DNA of 64,000 nucleotides. It comes from Anaerolineales bacterium. GTDB lineage: Bacteria; Chloroflexota; Anaerolineae; Anaerolineales; UBA11858. A program made the translations under genes and the position numbers. Location of the stretch: NCBI GenBank assembly GCA_028278545.1, contig JANQED010000133.1:20934-84933 (forward strand). Reading direction: 5' to 3'. Of this stretch, positions 17,448-26,900 are shown in pieces (position 1 is the first letter of the stretch; each line of letters starts with the position of its first letter). The notes below the pieces were generated by a model. It made no database searches. It was not told where the DNA came from and worked only from the letters and a program-made list of their open reading frames with translations.

Positions 17448-18446
17448 ATGAAATCCCTCATTGAAAAGCTCACTCAAACACCCGGGCCGCCGGGGTACGA
17501 GAAATTGATCCGCGAAGTCATACAAGCTGAGATTGAAGACTATGCTGACGAAATCCATGTCGATGCGCTCGGCAACCTGATCGCCCGCAAAGGAAGTCCA
17601 TCAACAGAGGGTAAACGCATCATGCTAGCCGCTCATATGGACGAGATCGGCGTGATTGCCACCCACATCGATGAGAACGGCTTCATACGCTTTACCAACA
17701 TGGGGGGCATCTACCCCCATTACGCACCTGGAGGTCGAGTTCGCTTTCTCGATGGCACTCCGGGTGTGATCGGCACAGAAAAGACCGAGAACAGCTATAA
17801 AGTGCCCCCGCTAGACAAGATGTACATCGATGTCGGCGCTGCCGGACGTGACGATTGCCCCATTAAAGTGGGCGATGTGGCCGTATTCGAGCGCCCACTG
17901 ACGGAGATGGGGGACCGCCTGGTCTCGAAGGCCATGGACGACCGTATCAGCGTAGCCATCATGATCGAAGCGCTGAAAATGCTGAACAACCCGCCCCATG
18001 AGATTTATTTCGTCTTTAGCGTGCAAGAGGAGGTTGGTGTGCGCGGCGCCACCACGGCGGCCTTCGGCGTCGACCCCGAATTGGGATTAGCGCTCGACGT
18101 CACCCGCACTGGCGACACGCCCAAAGGCATCACCATGGAAGTCGCCCTGGGGGCAGGCCCGGCCATCAAAGTCAAAGATTCAGGCATGATCTCCGACCCC
18201 CGAATCGTGGATTGGATGGTACGTACTGCTGAAAGAGCCAAACTCCCTTACCAGCTCGAGGTTCTGGAACGCGGCGGCACCGACGCCCGCGCCATTCAGC
18301 TCACCCGTTCGGGGGTTCCTGCCGGCTGCCTCTCGATCCCTTGTCGCTACGTCCACAGCCCTTCTGAAATGGTGGATTTCAACGATGTACAGAATGCCCT
18401 GAAGCTGCTGGTGGCGCTGTTGAGCGATTCAATTGATCTAGCATAA
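17448..18446 (+). CDS. M42 family metallo-aminopeptidase, paralog 3
   Basis: TPGPPGYEKLIREVI, AAHMDEIGVIA, MDDRISVAIM, VQEEVGVRGA, RGGTDARAIQ...RYVHSPSEM. Confidence 0.85.
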   Translation: MKSLIEKLTQTPGPPGYEKLIREVIQAEIEDYADEIHVDALGNLIARKGSPSTEGKRIMLAAHMDEIGVIATHIDENGFIRFTNMGGIYPHYAPGGRVRFLDGTPGVIGTEKTENSYKVPPLDKMYIDVGAAGRDDCPIKVGDVAVFERPLTEMGDRLVSKAMDDRISVAIMIEALKMLNNPPHEIYFVFSVQEEVGVRGATTAAFGVDPELGLALDVTRTGDTPKGITMEVALGAGPAIKVKDSGMISDPRIVDWMVRTAERAKLPYQLEVLERGGTDARAIQLTRSGVPAGCLSIPCRYVHSPSEMVDFNDVQNALKLLVALLSDSIDLA

Positions 18447-18454
18447 GAGGAACC

Positions 18455-19753
18455 ATGCCCAGAAGATATTCTCTCAAAGCCTGGCTGAGCCTGATCGCCC
18501 TAGTTTTGACTGGCCTGCTCGTCAGTGGGTGCTCATACCCTGCTGGGGAAACAGAAACCCCTGTTCCCGAGGCAACGGCCACCCCAACGGTTGCGCCCAT
18601 CCCCATCGAGGAGACAGAGACCCCTGCCGCTGGCTCTTTGACCATCACGATCTGGCTTCCACCCCAATTCGACCCCGCCAATAACACTGCGGGTGCGATG
18701 CTGAGTGCCCGTCTAGAGGAATTCACCTCTCGGCGTACCGAGGTGCGTGTGGAAACCCGCGTCAAGAACATCGCTGGCCCCGGTGGCATCGAAGACACGT
18801 TGCAAACTGCTAGCTCGGCTGCCCCCCTGGCGCTCCCCGACCTGGTCGCCCTGCCCTATGAAACCGTACAGAGCATGGCAGCCAAGGGGTTGCTGCACCC
18901 CTTCGATGGGCTGACCGATACCATGGATGATCCTGACTGGTATGACTTCGCCCGGCAGCTCTCCCATGTCCAAAACAGCAATTTTGGGATCCCCTTCGCT
19001 GGGGATGCTTTGGTGATGGTCTACCGGCCAGAATCCATCGAGGAACCACCCCTGGATTGGGAATCAGCGCTGCTGGTCACAGAACCGCTCACCTTCCCGG
19101 CGGCTGACCCAGAGGGGCTGTTGACTCTGACTCTCTATCGCGCTTCTGGCGGAGCCATCGCCGACAATGAAGGCCAGCCAATCCTGGATATGACCGCCTT
19201 GACCGATGTGCTCACCTTCTATTACCAGGCTAGTCGAAATGGCTTGATGCCCTTCTGGCTCACCCAATACGAAACCGACGACCAGGCCTGGGTAGCCTAT
19301 GAAGAAGGTCAAGCCGACATGGCGATCACCTGGGTTTCCCGCTATTTGCAAGCCATGCCGCCGGATGCCTCGGTTGCGGCGATCCCTACAGCTGCTGGCA
19401 TCCCCTCCACCACGTCCACAGGATGGGTCTGGGCGCTGGTCAGTTCCGACCCACAACGAGTGGACCTGGTCGCTCAACTGGCCGAATTTCTGACTACTGG
19501 AGAGTTTTTGGCCGAATGGAACGCCGCGGCAGGTTATCTACCACCGCGCCCCAGCGCGTTGACAGCCTGGGAAAACACTCCCCTGCACAGTTTGCTGAGC
19601 CAGGCTGCCCTTTCGGCACAACTGGCCCCTTCAACGGACATACTCCAAACAGTTGGCCCTTTGCTGAAGCAAAGCACGCTCGACGTTCTCAAGGAACAGA
19701 CCGACCCAGCCACTGCCGCGCAGAACGCCATCGAGGGGCTGATCGCTCCCTAA
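18455..19753 (+). CDS. extracellular solute-binding lipoprotein (ABC transporter family-1-like), no adjacent permease or ATPase
   Basis: Lipobox LLVSGC, T/P linker, and SBP-like length and pattern (LTITIWLPPQFDP..., ...DMAITWVSRY...). The family call is from general resemblance only. Confidence 0.6.
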   Translation: MPRRYSLKAWLSLIALVLTGLLVSGCSYPAGETETPVPEATATPTVAPIPIEETETPAAGSLTITIWLPPQFDPANNTAGAMLSARLEEFTSRRTEVRVETRVKNIAGPGGIEDTLQTASSAAPLALPDLVALPYETVQSMAAKGLLHPFDGLTDTMDDPDWYDFARQLSHVQNSNFGIPFAGDALVMVYRPESIEEPPLDWESALLVTEPLTFPAADPEGLLTLTLYRASGGAIADNEGQPILDMTALTDVLTFYYQASRNGLMPFWLTQYETDDQAWVAYEEGQADMAITWVSRYLQAMPPDASVAAIPTAAGIPSTTSTGWVWALVSSDPQRVDLVAQLAEFLTTGEFLAEWNAAAGYLPPRPSALTAWENTPLHSLLSQAALSAQLAPSTDILQTVGPLLKQSTLDVLKEQTDPATAAQNAIEGLIAP

Positions 19754-19767
19754 CCCATCCGTCAAAA

Positions 19768-20580
19768 ATGAGCAAGGCTCAAACCCGTGAAGCCCTTGGA
19801 GATCTCAAGGCCGCCGTTCGCCTGGGTCATCCCGGAGCCGTGCAGACCGCCATCGACGGTCTGCGCGCGCTCCCAAAAGTGGCGGCTAATGACCGCTTGA
19901 GCGAGGGATTCCTCGACCAGGTTGTTCACCCAGCGGGAGAAATCATGGCGCGGCTGCCTGCTGATCAACTCCTGCCCCTGCTGGGCGACCGTCTCGCGGC
20001 GTTGCGCGCCGTGGGAGCAGCGGCATTGGCCCAAAGACATTTGGCAGGGAAAGACGTGAGCCAAAGCGCTCTCCTGGCACCGGCGAAGGATCCACGCCCC
20101 GAGGTGCGTATTGCCCTTGGAAAGGCTTTAAGGGAGGTGGGTGAGGCGCACTCGGAGTGCCTCTTACGCCTTGTGACAGCCTGGCTTCCAGATAAATCAC
20201 CACGCGCCCGCACCACCGCGCTAACAGCACTCCCGGCCCTGACGCAATCGCAGGGGGAGAGCATCATCGCGCTGGTCAAACCCTTGATAGACGATGAACA
20301 CCCCGAAGTGCACGCAGCCCTCGTCGAAGCCTTGCGTACATTTGCGCAGAGCGGATTAGCCAAACCCGTTTTGGGGCTGCTAGCAGATTGGGGGGCTGAG
20401 CCACATCCAAACGTTTGGGTCATCACCCGGTCGCTTTCCGGATCATGGGCCGCATCCCATCCAAAGGAAGTCGAGGATATTCTCAGGCGTCTTCACGCCA
20501 AAGTCGGGAAGACCAAAAATATCACCCACGCTCTGCGGGCTCTTGAGCGTCACGGAGCAGGTATCGAAATAGAAGGATAG
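19768..20580 (+). CDS. HEAT/ARM-like repeat protein (DNA-alkylation-repair-like fold?)
   Basis: I prefer the ATG at 19768 (MSKAQTREALGDLK). Repeated helical units contain DPRPEVRIALGKAL, DKSPRARTTALTAL and DDEHPEVHAALVEAL. The upstream 115 codons of the ORF-track entry overlap the SBP gene. Confidence 0.5.
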   Translation: MSKAQTREALGDLKAAVRLGHPGAVQTAIDGLRALPKVAANDRLSEGFLDQVVHPAGEIMARLPADQLLPLLGDRLAALRAVGAAALAQRHLAGKDVSQSALLAPAKDPRPEVRIALGKALREVGEAHSECLLRLVTAWLPDKSPRARTTALTALPALTQSQGESIIALVKPLIDDEHPEVHAALVEALRTFAQSGLAKPVLGLLADWGAEPHPNVWVITRSLSGSWAASHPKEVEDILRRLHAKVGKTKNITHALRALERHGAGIEIEG

Positions 20581-20581
20581 C

Positions 20582-21919
20582 ATGTCATCGAAACACATCG
20601 TCAAAGACTTAGGAGACGGTCTGATCATCCGACGTGCCACATCTTCAGACGTCGAGGAGTTGGTGGCCTTCAATGCCAGAATCCACAGCGAAGCCGGGCC
20701 GGAAGAGCCCGACGAAAAAATCGGCACCTGGGTGCGAGACTTGATCACACTACCCCACCCCACCACCAACATCGATGACTTCACTATCGTCGAAGACACC
20801 AAAACCAGGAAAATCGTCTCTTCGATGAATTTGATCCCACAAACCTGGCGCTACGAAGGCATCGAGTTTGGCGTGGGGCGGCCAGAATTAGTTGGCACAG
20901 ACCCAAATTATCGAAAACGCGGCCTGGTGCGCGCCCAATTCGAGATCATCCACCAATGGAGTGCTGAGCGCGGTCACAAAGTCCAGGCCATCACCGGCAT
21001 CCCATACTACTATCGTCAATTCGACTACGAAATGGGTCTAGAACTGGACGGCGGGCGCGTCGGGTATCTCCCCCACATCCCCAAGCTGGGAGAAAACCAA
21101 GAGGAGCCTTTCAATATTCGCAAAGCTCGTGCAGAGGACACCCCCTTCATAAGCGCCTTATATCAAGAGAACTTTAAACGCTACCTGGTAAGCAGCACGA
21201 TTGATGAGGAGCTTTGGGCCTATGAGCTCAATGGGAAGAGCAAAGAAAACGTCACCCGTTTAGAACTCAGGATGATCGAAACCAGCGACGGAAAAGCGCT
21301 TGGTTTCTTGGCTCACCCTCCCTGTCTTTTTGGGCCCACCTTACCCCTTCTGATGTACGAGCTGAAAGCCGATATCTCCTGGCTGGATGTCACCCCCAGC
21401 GTGTTGCGCTACCTCAAAAAAGAAGGCCGCGCTTACGCCAAGCAAAGCGAAGACCAGGAATTCCAGGCTTTCGCCATGTGGATGGGAACTCAGCACCCGG
21501 TTTACGAAGCCATCATTGACCATCTGCCGCGCAAGCGCGACCCCTACGCCTATTATGTGCGCGTGGCAGACATACCGGATTTCATCCAGCACATCAGCCC
21601 GGTACTTGAGAAGCGCCTGGCAAAATCTGTTCTGGTGGGTCACAGCGGCACACTAAAGTTGAGTTTCTTCCGCTCGGGTGTGAAACTGGCTTTCGAAAAA
21701 GGGACTCTCAAAAGGGCAGAAGCATACACCCCCGAACACTCCCTCGATGGCGATGTGCTCTTCCCAGGCTTGACTTTCTTACAGGTGTTATTTGGCTACA
21801 ACGATTTCCGGGCGATCGAGAATATCTTCGCCGATTGCTACGCCCGCAACGACCATGGCCGAGCCTTAGTGCCGATCTTATTCCCCAAAAGGGCCTCCAA
21901 CGTCAGGGGGATTTCATAA
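20582..21919 (+). CDS. GNAT family N-acetyltransferase, Eis-like multi-domain architecture
   Basis: 445 aa. The N-terminal GNAT has the acetyl-CoA motif RKRGLVRAQFEIIHQWSAERG. The length and a second GNAT-like plus C-terminal region resemble Eis-type enzymes. The ATG lies 1 nt after the stop of the preceding gene. Confidence 0.55.
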   Translation: MSSKHIVKDLGDGLIIRRATSSDVEELVAFNARIHSEAGPEEPDEKIGTWVRDLITLPHPTTNIDDFTIVEDTKTRKIVSSMNLIPQTWRYEGIEFGVGRPELVGTDPNYRKRGLVRAQFEIIHQWSAERGHKVQAITGIPYYYRQFDYEMGLELDGGRVGYLPHIPKLGENQEEPFNIRKARAEDTPFISALYQENFKRYLVSSTIDEELWAYELNGKSKENVTRLELRMIETSDGKALGFLAHPPCLFGPTLPLLMYELKADISWLDVTPSVLRYLKKEGRAYAKQSEDQEFQAFAMWMGTQHPVYEAIIDHLPRKRDPYAYYVRVADIPDFIQHISPVLEKRLAKSVLVGHSGTLKLSFFRSGVKLAFEKGTLKRAEAYTPEHSLDGDVLFPGLTFLQVLFGYNDFRAIENIFADCYARNDHGRALVPILFPKRASNVRGIS

Positions 21920-22042
21920 ACCAGCCCAAACTACGGAAAAGAAGAACAGCCCCGGCGTGAGAACCAGGGCTGGATTCAAAAAGTGAGCGTTCAGCACCTC
22001 AGGGATGAATTTCTTCAATCAAGTGCATCCACTTGATCTGGC

Positions 22043-22969
22043 TCATTTCTCGTATACGGGGACAATCCAATCTCTATAGACTGGCATCCTGCCGCGCACT
22101 ACATCGTTGAACAGTTCCCGCAGCCGGGTTGTGACGGGGCCCATCACACCGGAACCAACCGGCCTGTGATCGACCATCGTGATGGCCGTGATCTGAGCCG
22201 CAGTGCCTGTGAAGAAAAGTTCCTCACAAAGATAGACCTCTGTTCGGTCGATGAGACGCTCTTCGATAAGAATATCAAGCTCTCTGGCTGCGATCTCGAG
22301 GGTCGATCGTCGCGTGATCCCTTCAAGCACATTCTCAGTCAGGGGCGGTGTAATCAACTTTCCATCACGCACCATGAAGAGGTTCATGGCACTGCCCTCG
22401 GAGATATGTCCCCCTTGGGTCAGCACCAAAGCCTCATCGAAACCGGCCCGAAGGGCATCCGTCTTGATCAAAGCCGAGTTTGCATACGCCCCGGTGATCT
22501 TGCCGCGCGCCGGGATGACATTATCATCGATCCTCCGCCAGGAGGAGACCGTCACATGCGCGCTGGTATCTTTGGCGACATATAGTCCAAACGGCATGGA
22601 AACGATGCTGAGTTCATCTTCCAGGCCATGCAGTTTGACCCCTATCATCTCATCAGCTTTATACACCAACGGGCGAATATACACATCCTCCTGATAACCT
22701 TCTTTGCGCAGCAACTCGGCGGTAATCTCTGTGAGGCTCTCGACGGTGTGATCAAATGTCATGCACAAAATTTTTGCAGAATTGAGCAATCGGCGGAAGT
22801 GATCGTAAGGGCGGAACATGTAGAGCTGCTCTTCATCAGAGCTCCAATAACCTCGCAAACCGGCAAAAGCACCGGTGCCATAGTTCAATGCGTGCGTAAG
22901 AATACCAACCTTCGCTTCAGAATAAGGAACGACCTTTCCCTTGAAATAAGCAAAATTGGGGAGTGTCAC
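22043..22969 (-). CDS. ilvE: branched-chain amino acid aminotransferase
   Basis: 308 aa. KGKVVPYSEAKVGILTHALNYGTGAFAGLRGYW..., EGSAMNLFMV and GITRRSTLE are class IV aminotransferase motifs. Confidence 0.9.
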   Translation of the reverse strand: MTLPNFAYFKGKVVPYSEAKVGILTHALNYGTGAFAGLRGYWSSDEEQLYMFRPYDHFRRLLNSAKILCMTFDHTVESLTEITAELLRKEGYQEDVYIRPLVYKADEMIGVKLHGLEDELSIVSMPFGLYVAKDTSAHVTVSSWRRIDDNVIPARGKITGAYANSALIKTDALRAGFDEALVLTQGGHISEGSAMNLFMVRDGKLITPPLTENVLEGITRRSTLEIAARELDILIEERLIDRTEVYLCEELFFTGTAAQITAITMVDHRPVGSGVMGPVTTRLRELFNDVVRGRMPVYRDWIVPVYEK

Positions 22970-23079
22970 AGTCTACCTCCTGCGCTATTGGCTTGGAATG
23001 CGTTTTCTATAAAGCTATTATAACGCCGCTCTATCGGGGCTTCAAATGAAGAACTCGTTAACTTGCCAGGTAGATAACT

Positions 23080-23118
23080 AAAAATTCGACCCCGGCCAAA
23101 ACTGACCAGGGTCGAATT
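23080..23118 (-). terminator. intrinsic terminator after the MBL-fold gene
   Basis: Minus-strand stem AATTCGACCC / GGGTCGAATT (23083-23092 / 23109-23118) followed by T5 (plus-strand A-run 23080-23084). Confidence 0.7.
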
Positions 23119-23131
23119 ATATTTGCGGAAG

Positions 23132-23773
23132 CTATGTTTCCATCGCCAGGATTTCAACGGGGATGGGCGACTCCCTTTTGAACTGCTCCGCAGCATCCAT
23201 AGCGCCGATCCCCCGTCCAATGTGCATCGGGATGGCAACCTTGGATTGGATGATCTCCACAGCTTGGACAGCTTCCTCGGCTGTCATCACATAAGTGCCG
23301 CTGACGGGGAGCAAAGCGATATCCGCCTCGATGGATTCCATCTCTGGGATCACATCAGCATCTCCGGTGTGGTAAATGCGCTGCCCTCCCAGGGTGAGAA
23401 TAAAGCCAACGTGTCCGGCTTCCTTGGGATGAAAAGGGATCCCAGGGCTGCGGAATTTGGTCAGGTTGTATGCCGGAACGGTTTCGATGGGAACACCCTT
23501 GACGGTCAAGGTATCACCAGGCTTGATGATCTCAATCTGCCCCTGGAGCTTTTTCGCTGAAGCCTCGATGGTGACGATCACCGTGCCATCGTTTTGGATT
23601 TTAGCCACATCATTCGGGGAGCAGTGATCATCATGATCGTGGGTAATCAAGACGATATCCGCCTGAGGGCCATGCCCCAACTGCCAGGGATCGATATAGG
23701 CCACCAGATCGTCGGCTTCGATCCGGAAACTGGCGTGTCCCAGCCAGTGGATGTTTTCAATTAGCTTTTCCAT
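23132..23773 (-). CDS. MBL-fold metal-dependent hydrolase (UPF0173-like)
   Basis: GGAGG, then ATG at 23773 (MEKLIENIHWLGHASF). Metal motif VLITHDHDDHC. Confidence 0.8.
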   Translation of the reverse strand: MEKLIENIHWLGHASFRIEADDLVAYIDPWQLGHGPQADIVLITHDHDDHCSPNDVAKIQNDGTVIVTIEASAKKLQGQIEIIKPGDTLTVKGVPIETVPAYNLTKFRSPGIPFHPKEAGHVGFILTLGGQRIYHTGDADVIPEMESIEADIALLPVSGTYVMTAEEAVQAVEIIQSKVAIPMHIGRGIGAMDAAEQFKRESPIPVEILAMET

Positions 23774-23986
23774 CGTTCCTCCAGAGTCATCACTATAGTC
23801 TTTGGCCAAACTATAACGCTATCTTACCTCAGAGTGGGATTCGCGTCCTCTCAAGCTGTATTATAATTAGCCTGCCGTATTGTGACGAAAACCTCAAGGG
23901 GTAGTTCGCCCAAGGCTGAGATAGTCCGGCCAGGCATAGCTCACTCGATCGAACTGTGATTTCAATAAACGCATCGAAACCAAAAT

Positions 23987-26900
23987 ATGGGAAGCGAAAT
24001 CTTACTGGGTCAATATCGGCCTGAAAAAAAGATCACAGAAACCCGCATCTGGGATGTATATTTCGGGACACATATCGATACCGCCCAAAGGGTGGTCGTC
24101 ACGGTATTTCAGAGTGGGGAGGTGAGCCCACGAGATTTCCTCGACCAGCTCGAATCGATCGCCGGAAGTTTGAAGAAATTCCGCTCTCCCCACGCCGTTC
24201 CGCTGCTTGACTACGGAGAAGAGACCGGGCAGGCGATTGTGGTGCAGGAGGCCGTGGAAGGTCAACTGCTCTCAGATGTCCTGATCGAAGGCAGGGGACT
24301 TTCCCTAGACCTGGTTCTGGATATCGCCCAGCAGATGGGTGAGTATCTGGGCACGCTGCACCAAGCACAGGTTGTCCACGGGGGATTGCGTCCCGATGCA
24401 ATTCTACTGACCCATCGCGGTACGATCCAGGTGCTGAATGCCGGACTGGCCCAGGCAATGGGCCTGAGCAAGCTGCTTGGTTCAGGCGCGGTCGAACCAA
24501 GCCCCTATCATTCCCCCGAACTACAATGGGGTGGCGCACTGGAACCCCCAGTAGATTACTACGCCCTGGGGGCCATTCTCTTCGAAGCCCTGACCGGGAA
24601 AGCCCCGGAACTTGACCCCAGAGACTCTCGCCCAGGAAGTATTATCTCCGGCCTGCCACCTGAACTGGATGATCTGGTCACTAAATGCCTAGCCCAGGCG
24701 CCGGACAAGCGCATCCAGAGCACGGCTGAATTGCTCAACGGCATCCAAGAAGTCCACCGCGGCATCCGTTTGGGGTCCCAAGACACTATGCTCGGCATGG
24801 AAGACGCCCTGGTCGGTCATACCCTGGGGGCTTATCAGCTGGTAGACCGTCTGGGACAAGGCGGGATGGCGACGGTTTACAAAGCATACGAACCCACTCT
24901 CGACCGCTATGTAGCTGTCAAGGTATTGCCCCAATTTTTCGCCAAAGACCATAATTTTATGGCCCGCTTTCGCCGGGAAGCGCGCGCTGTTGCCCAACTC
25001 AGCCACCCTAACATTGTGCCGATTTATAGCTTTGGAGAACAGGGCGCAATTACTTATATTGCCATGCAATATGTCACTGGCGGCACCCTGAAACAAACCC
25101 GAGGACAGGTTTACGATACCGAGCGAGCCTTGAAATTGATCACGCCAGTCACCCAAGCGTTGGCCTACGCCCATCAGCAGGGCATCATTCACCGCGACAT
25201 TAAACCCAGCAACGTATTGATGTCCGAGCGAGAATGGCCGCTATTGGCGGATTTCGGCCTGGCCAAAATGACCGAAACATCAACGCAGTTGACGGGTACG
25301 GGCTTGGGGGTCGGCACCCCAATGTATATGTCACCGGAACAAGGCAGGGGGACCAACGTAGATCACCGCACTGACATCTATTCCTTAGGGATCATGCTCT
25401 ACGAGATGCTGACCGGGGATGTGCCCTTCAAGGCCGACACACCTATGGCGATTGTCATCAAGCATATCACCGCCCCCATGCCCATTCCGCGTCAGGCTAA
25501 TCCGAAAATCCCCGAAGATTTGGAACGCATCATCCTGAAAACGACCGCCAAGAATCCCAATGATCGTTACCAGACCGCTGATGAAGTAGCCGGGGCCTTG
25601 GAGATGGTATCGAGCCTGCTGGCCGCGCGCCGTTTCGGGCTGGCGCCCGCGTCCAAACTTGTACAAACCAGCGCGGATACCGAAGCCAGGCAGCGCCAGA
25701 CCCAATTGGCAGCGTTGAAATCCCAGGTTGAAGAGGCCATCCAGAGAGGAGATTGGGATGCCGCCACCGAAGGCTGCAACGAGGCCCTTGAAATAGCCCC
25801 TGATGATCGTGACTGGAAAGGCCAACTGGCCGAAATCGCGGCCTCTCAGCGCACAGAGATCGAAGCCGCCGAATTGCAGACCAAGCTTGAAAACCTAAAA
25901 TCTCGGGCTGAGGCTGCGATTCAGGGTGAAGATTGGAACACCGCCATCGCGGTCTTGCAGGAAGCCCAGGCATTAGCTCCTGATGACAGCTATTGGTCGG
26001 AGAAATTGGAAGCGGTCGAGGCATCCCGTCACCAGGCTCAATTGGTTGCTCTTAAGGCACAGGCCCAGACTGCCCGCACCGAAGGGAATTGGAATGCAGC
26101 CCTCTCTGCCTTAGAAGAATATCTCAGACAAGAGCCAGGGGCAACAGACATCCAGGAGGAGATCGAGACCATCAAGGCAGAACAGCGCCAGAGTCAGCTG
26201 GTCACCTTCAAGGATCGCGCCCAAAAAGAAGCTGAAGCCGAAAATTGGGATGCAGCCATCGATGCCTGGAATGACTATCTGGCACTCGAACCCGAGGATC
26301 AAGCCGCGGCAAAAACTGCACTCCAAAAATCCCGCCTGTACAGCCAAATCGCCAGCGACTACGCCGCGGCCCAGAAATTGATCCGCAGACGGCGTTACGA
26401 TCAGGCTATCGAACTCCTTCAGGGGATCAGATCTCAAGTCCCAGAGTACAAAGTAACCGCTCAACTGATTGCCAAAGCCCAGGCCGGGCGAGAGCAAGTT
26501 CCTTTCTGGAAACGCCCCGTCGTCATAGGGATTGCAGCCGCGATCATCCTGGTCGGCGTTGGGGTCGTTTTCGTCCCCCCCTTTATCGACCAGCTGGCCG
26601 CACGAGCCACAGAAGAACCCATTGCCGCCGTGGCCAGCGAAGCCACGACAACAGTCTCGCCCACATCGCCGCCCGAAGTTACGCCAACAGACCAACCAAC
26701 CGCCTCCCCAACCGAGGAACAGCCCCTTCTGATCGACTTCCTCAAATACATCGCTGAACACACCCCAACCTTCGAAGATGATTTCTCCTCCCCAAAATCA
26801 GAATGGGGCACATTACCCGCAAGGATTAGTGTCGAGTCGGGCGTCATGAGTATGAACGTACTCAATGGGAGTAGCGCTCGAATTGGCGGAAATCACCTTT

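Noticed and set aside
19423-19767. 115-codon upstream extension of the HEAT-repeat ORF
   Set aside because: It overlaps the 3' end of the solute-binding protein gene in another frame, and its Arg/Gly/Pro-rich translation looks like a GC-rich frame artefact. I prefer the ATG at 19768.
23890-23982. TPP-riboswitch-like string upstream of the kinase (GGGGTAG…GGCTGAGAT…GAACTGTGAT…)
   Set aside because: Only the CUGAGA box matches well. The ACCC/P1 pairing, the CCUGAUC and the AGGGA elements are not conserved, and the downstream gene is unrelated to thiamine.
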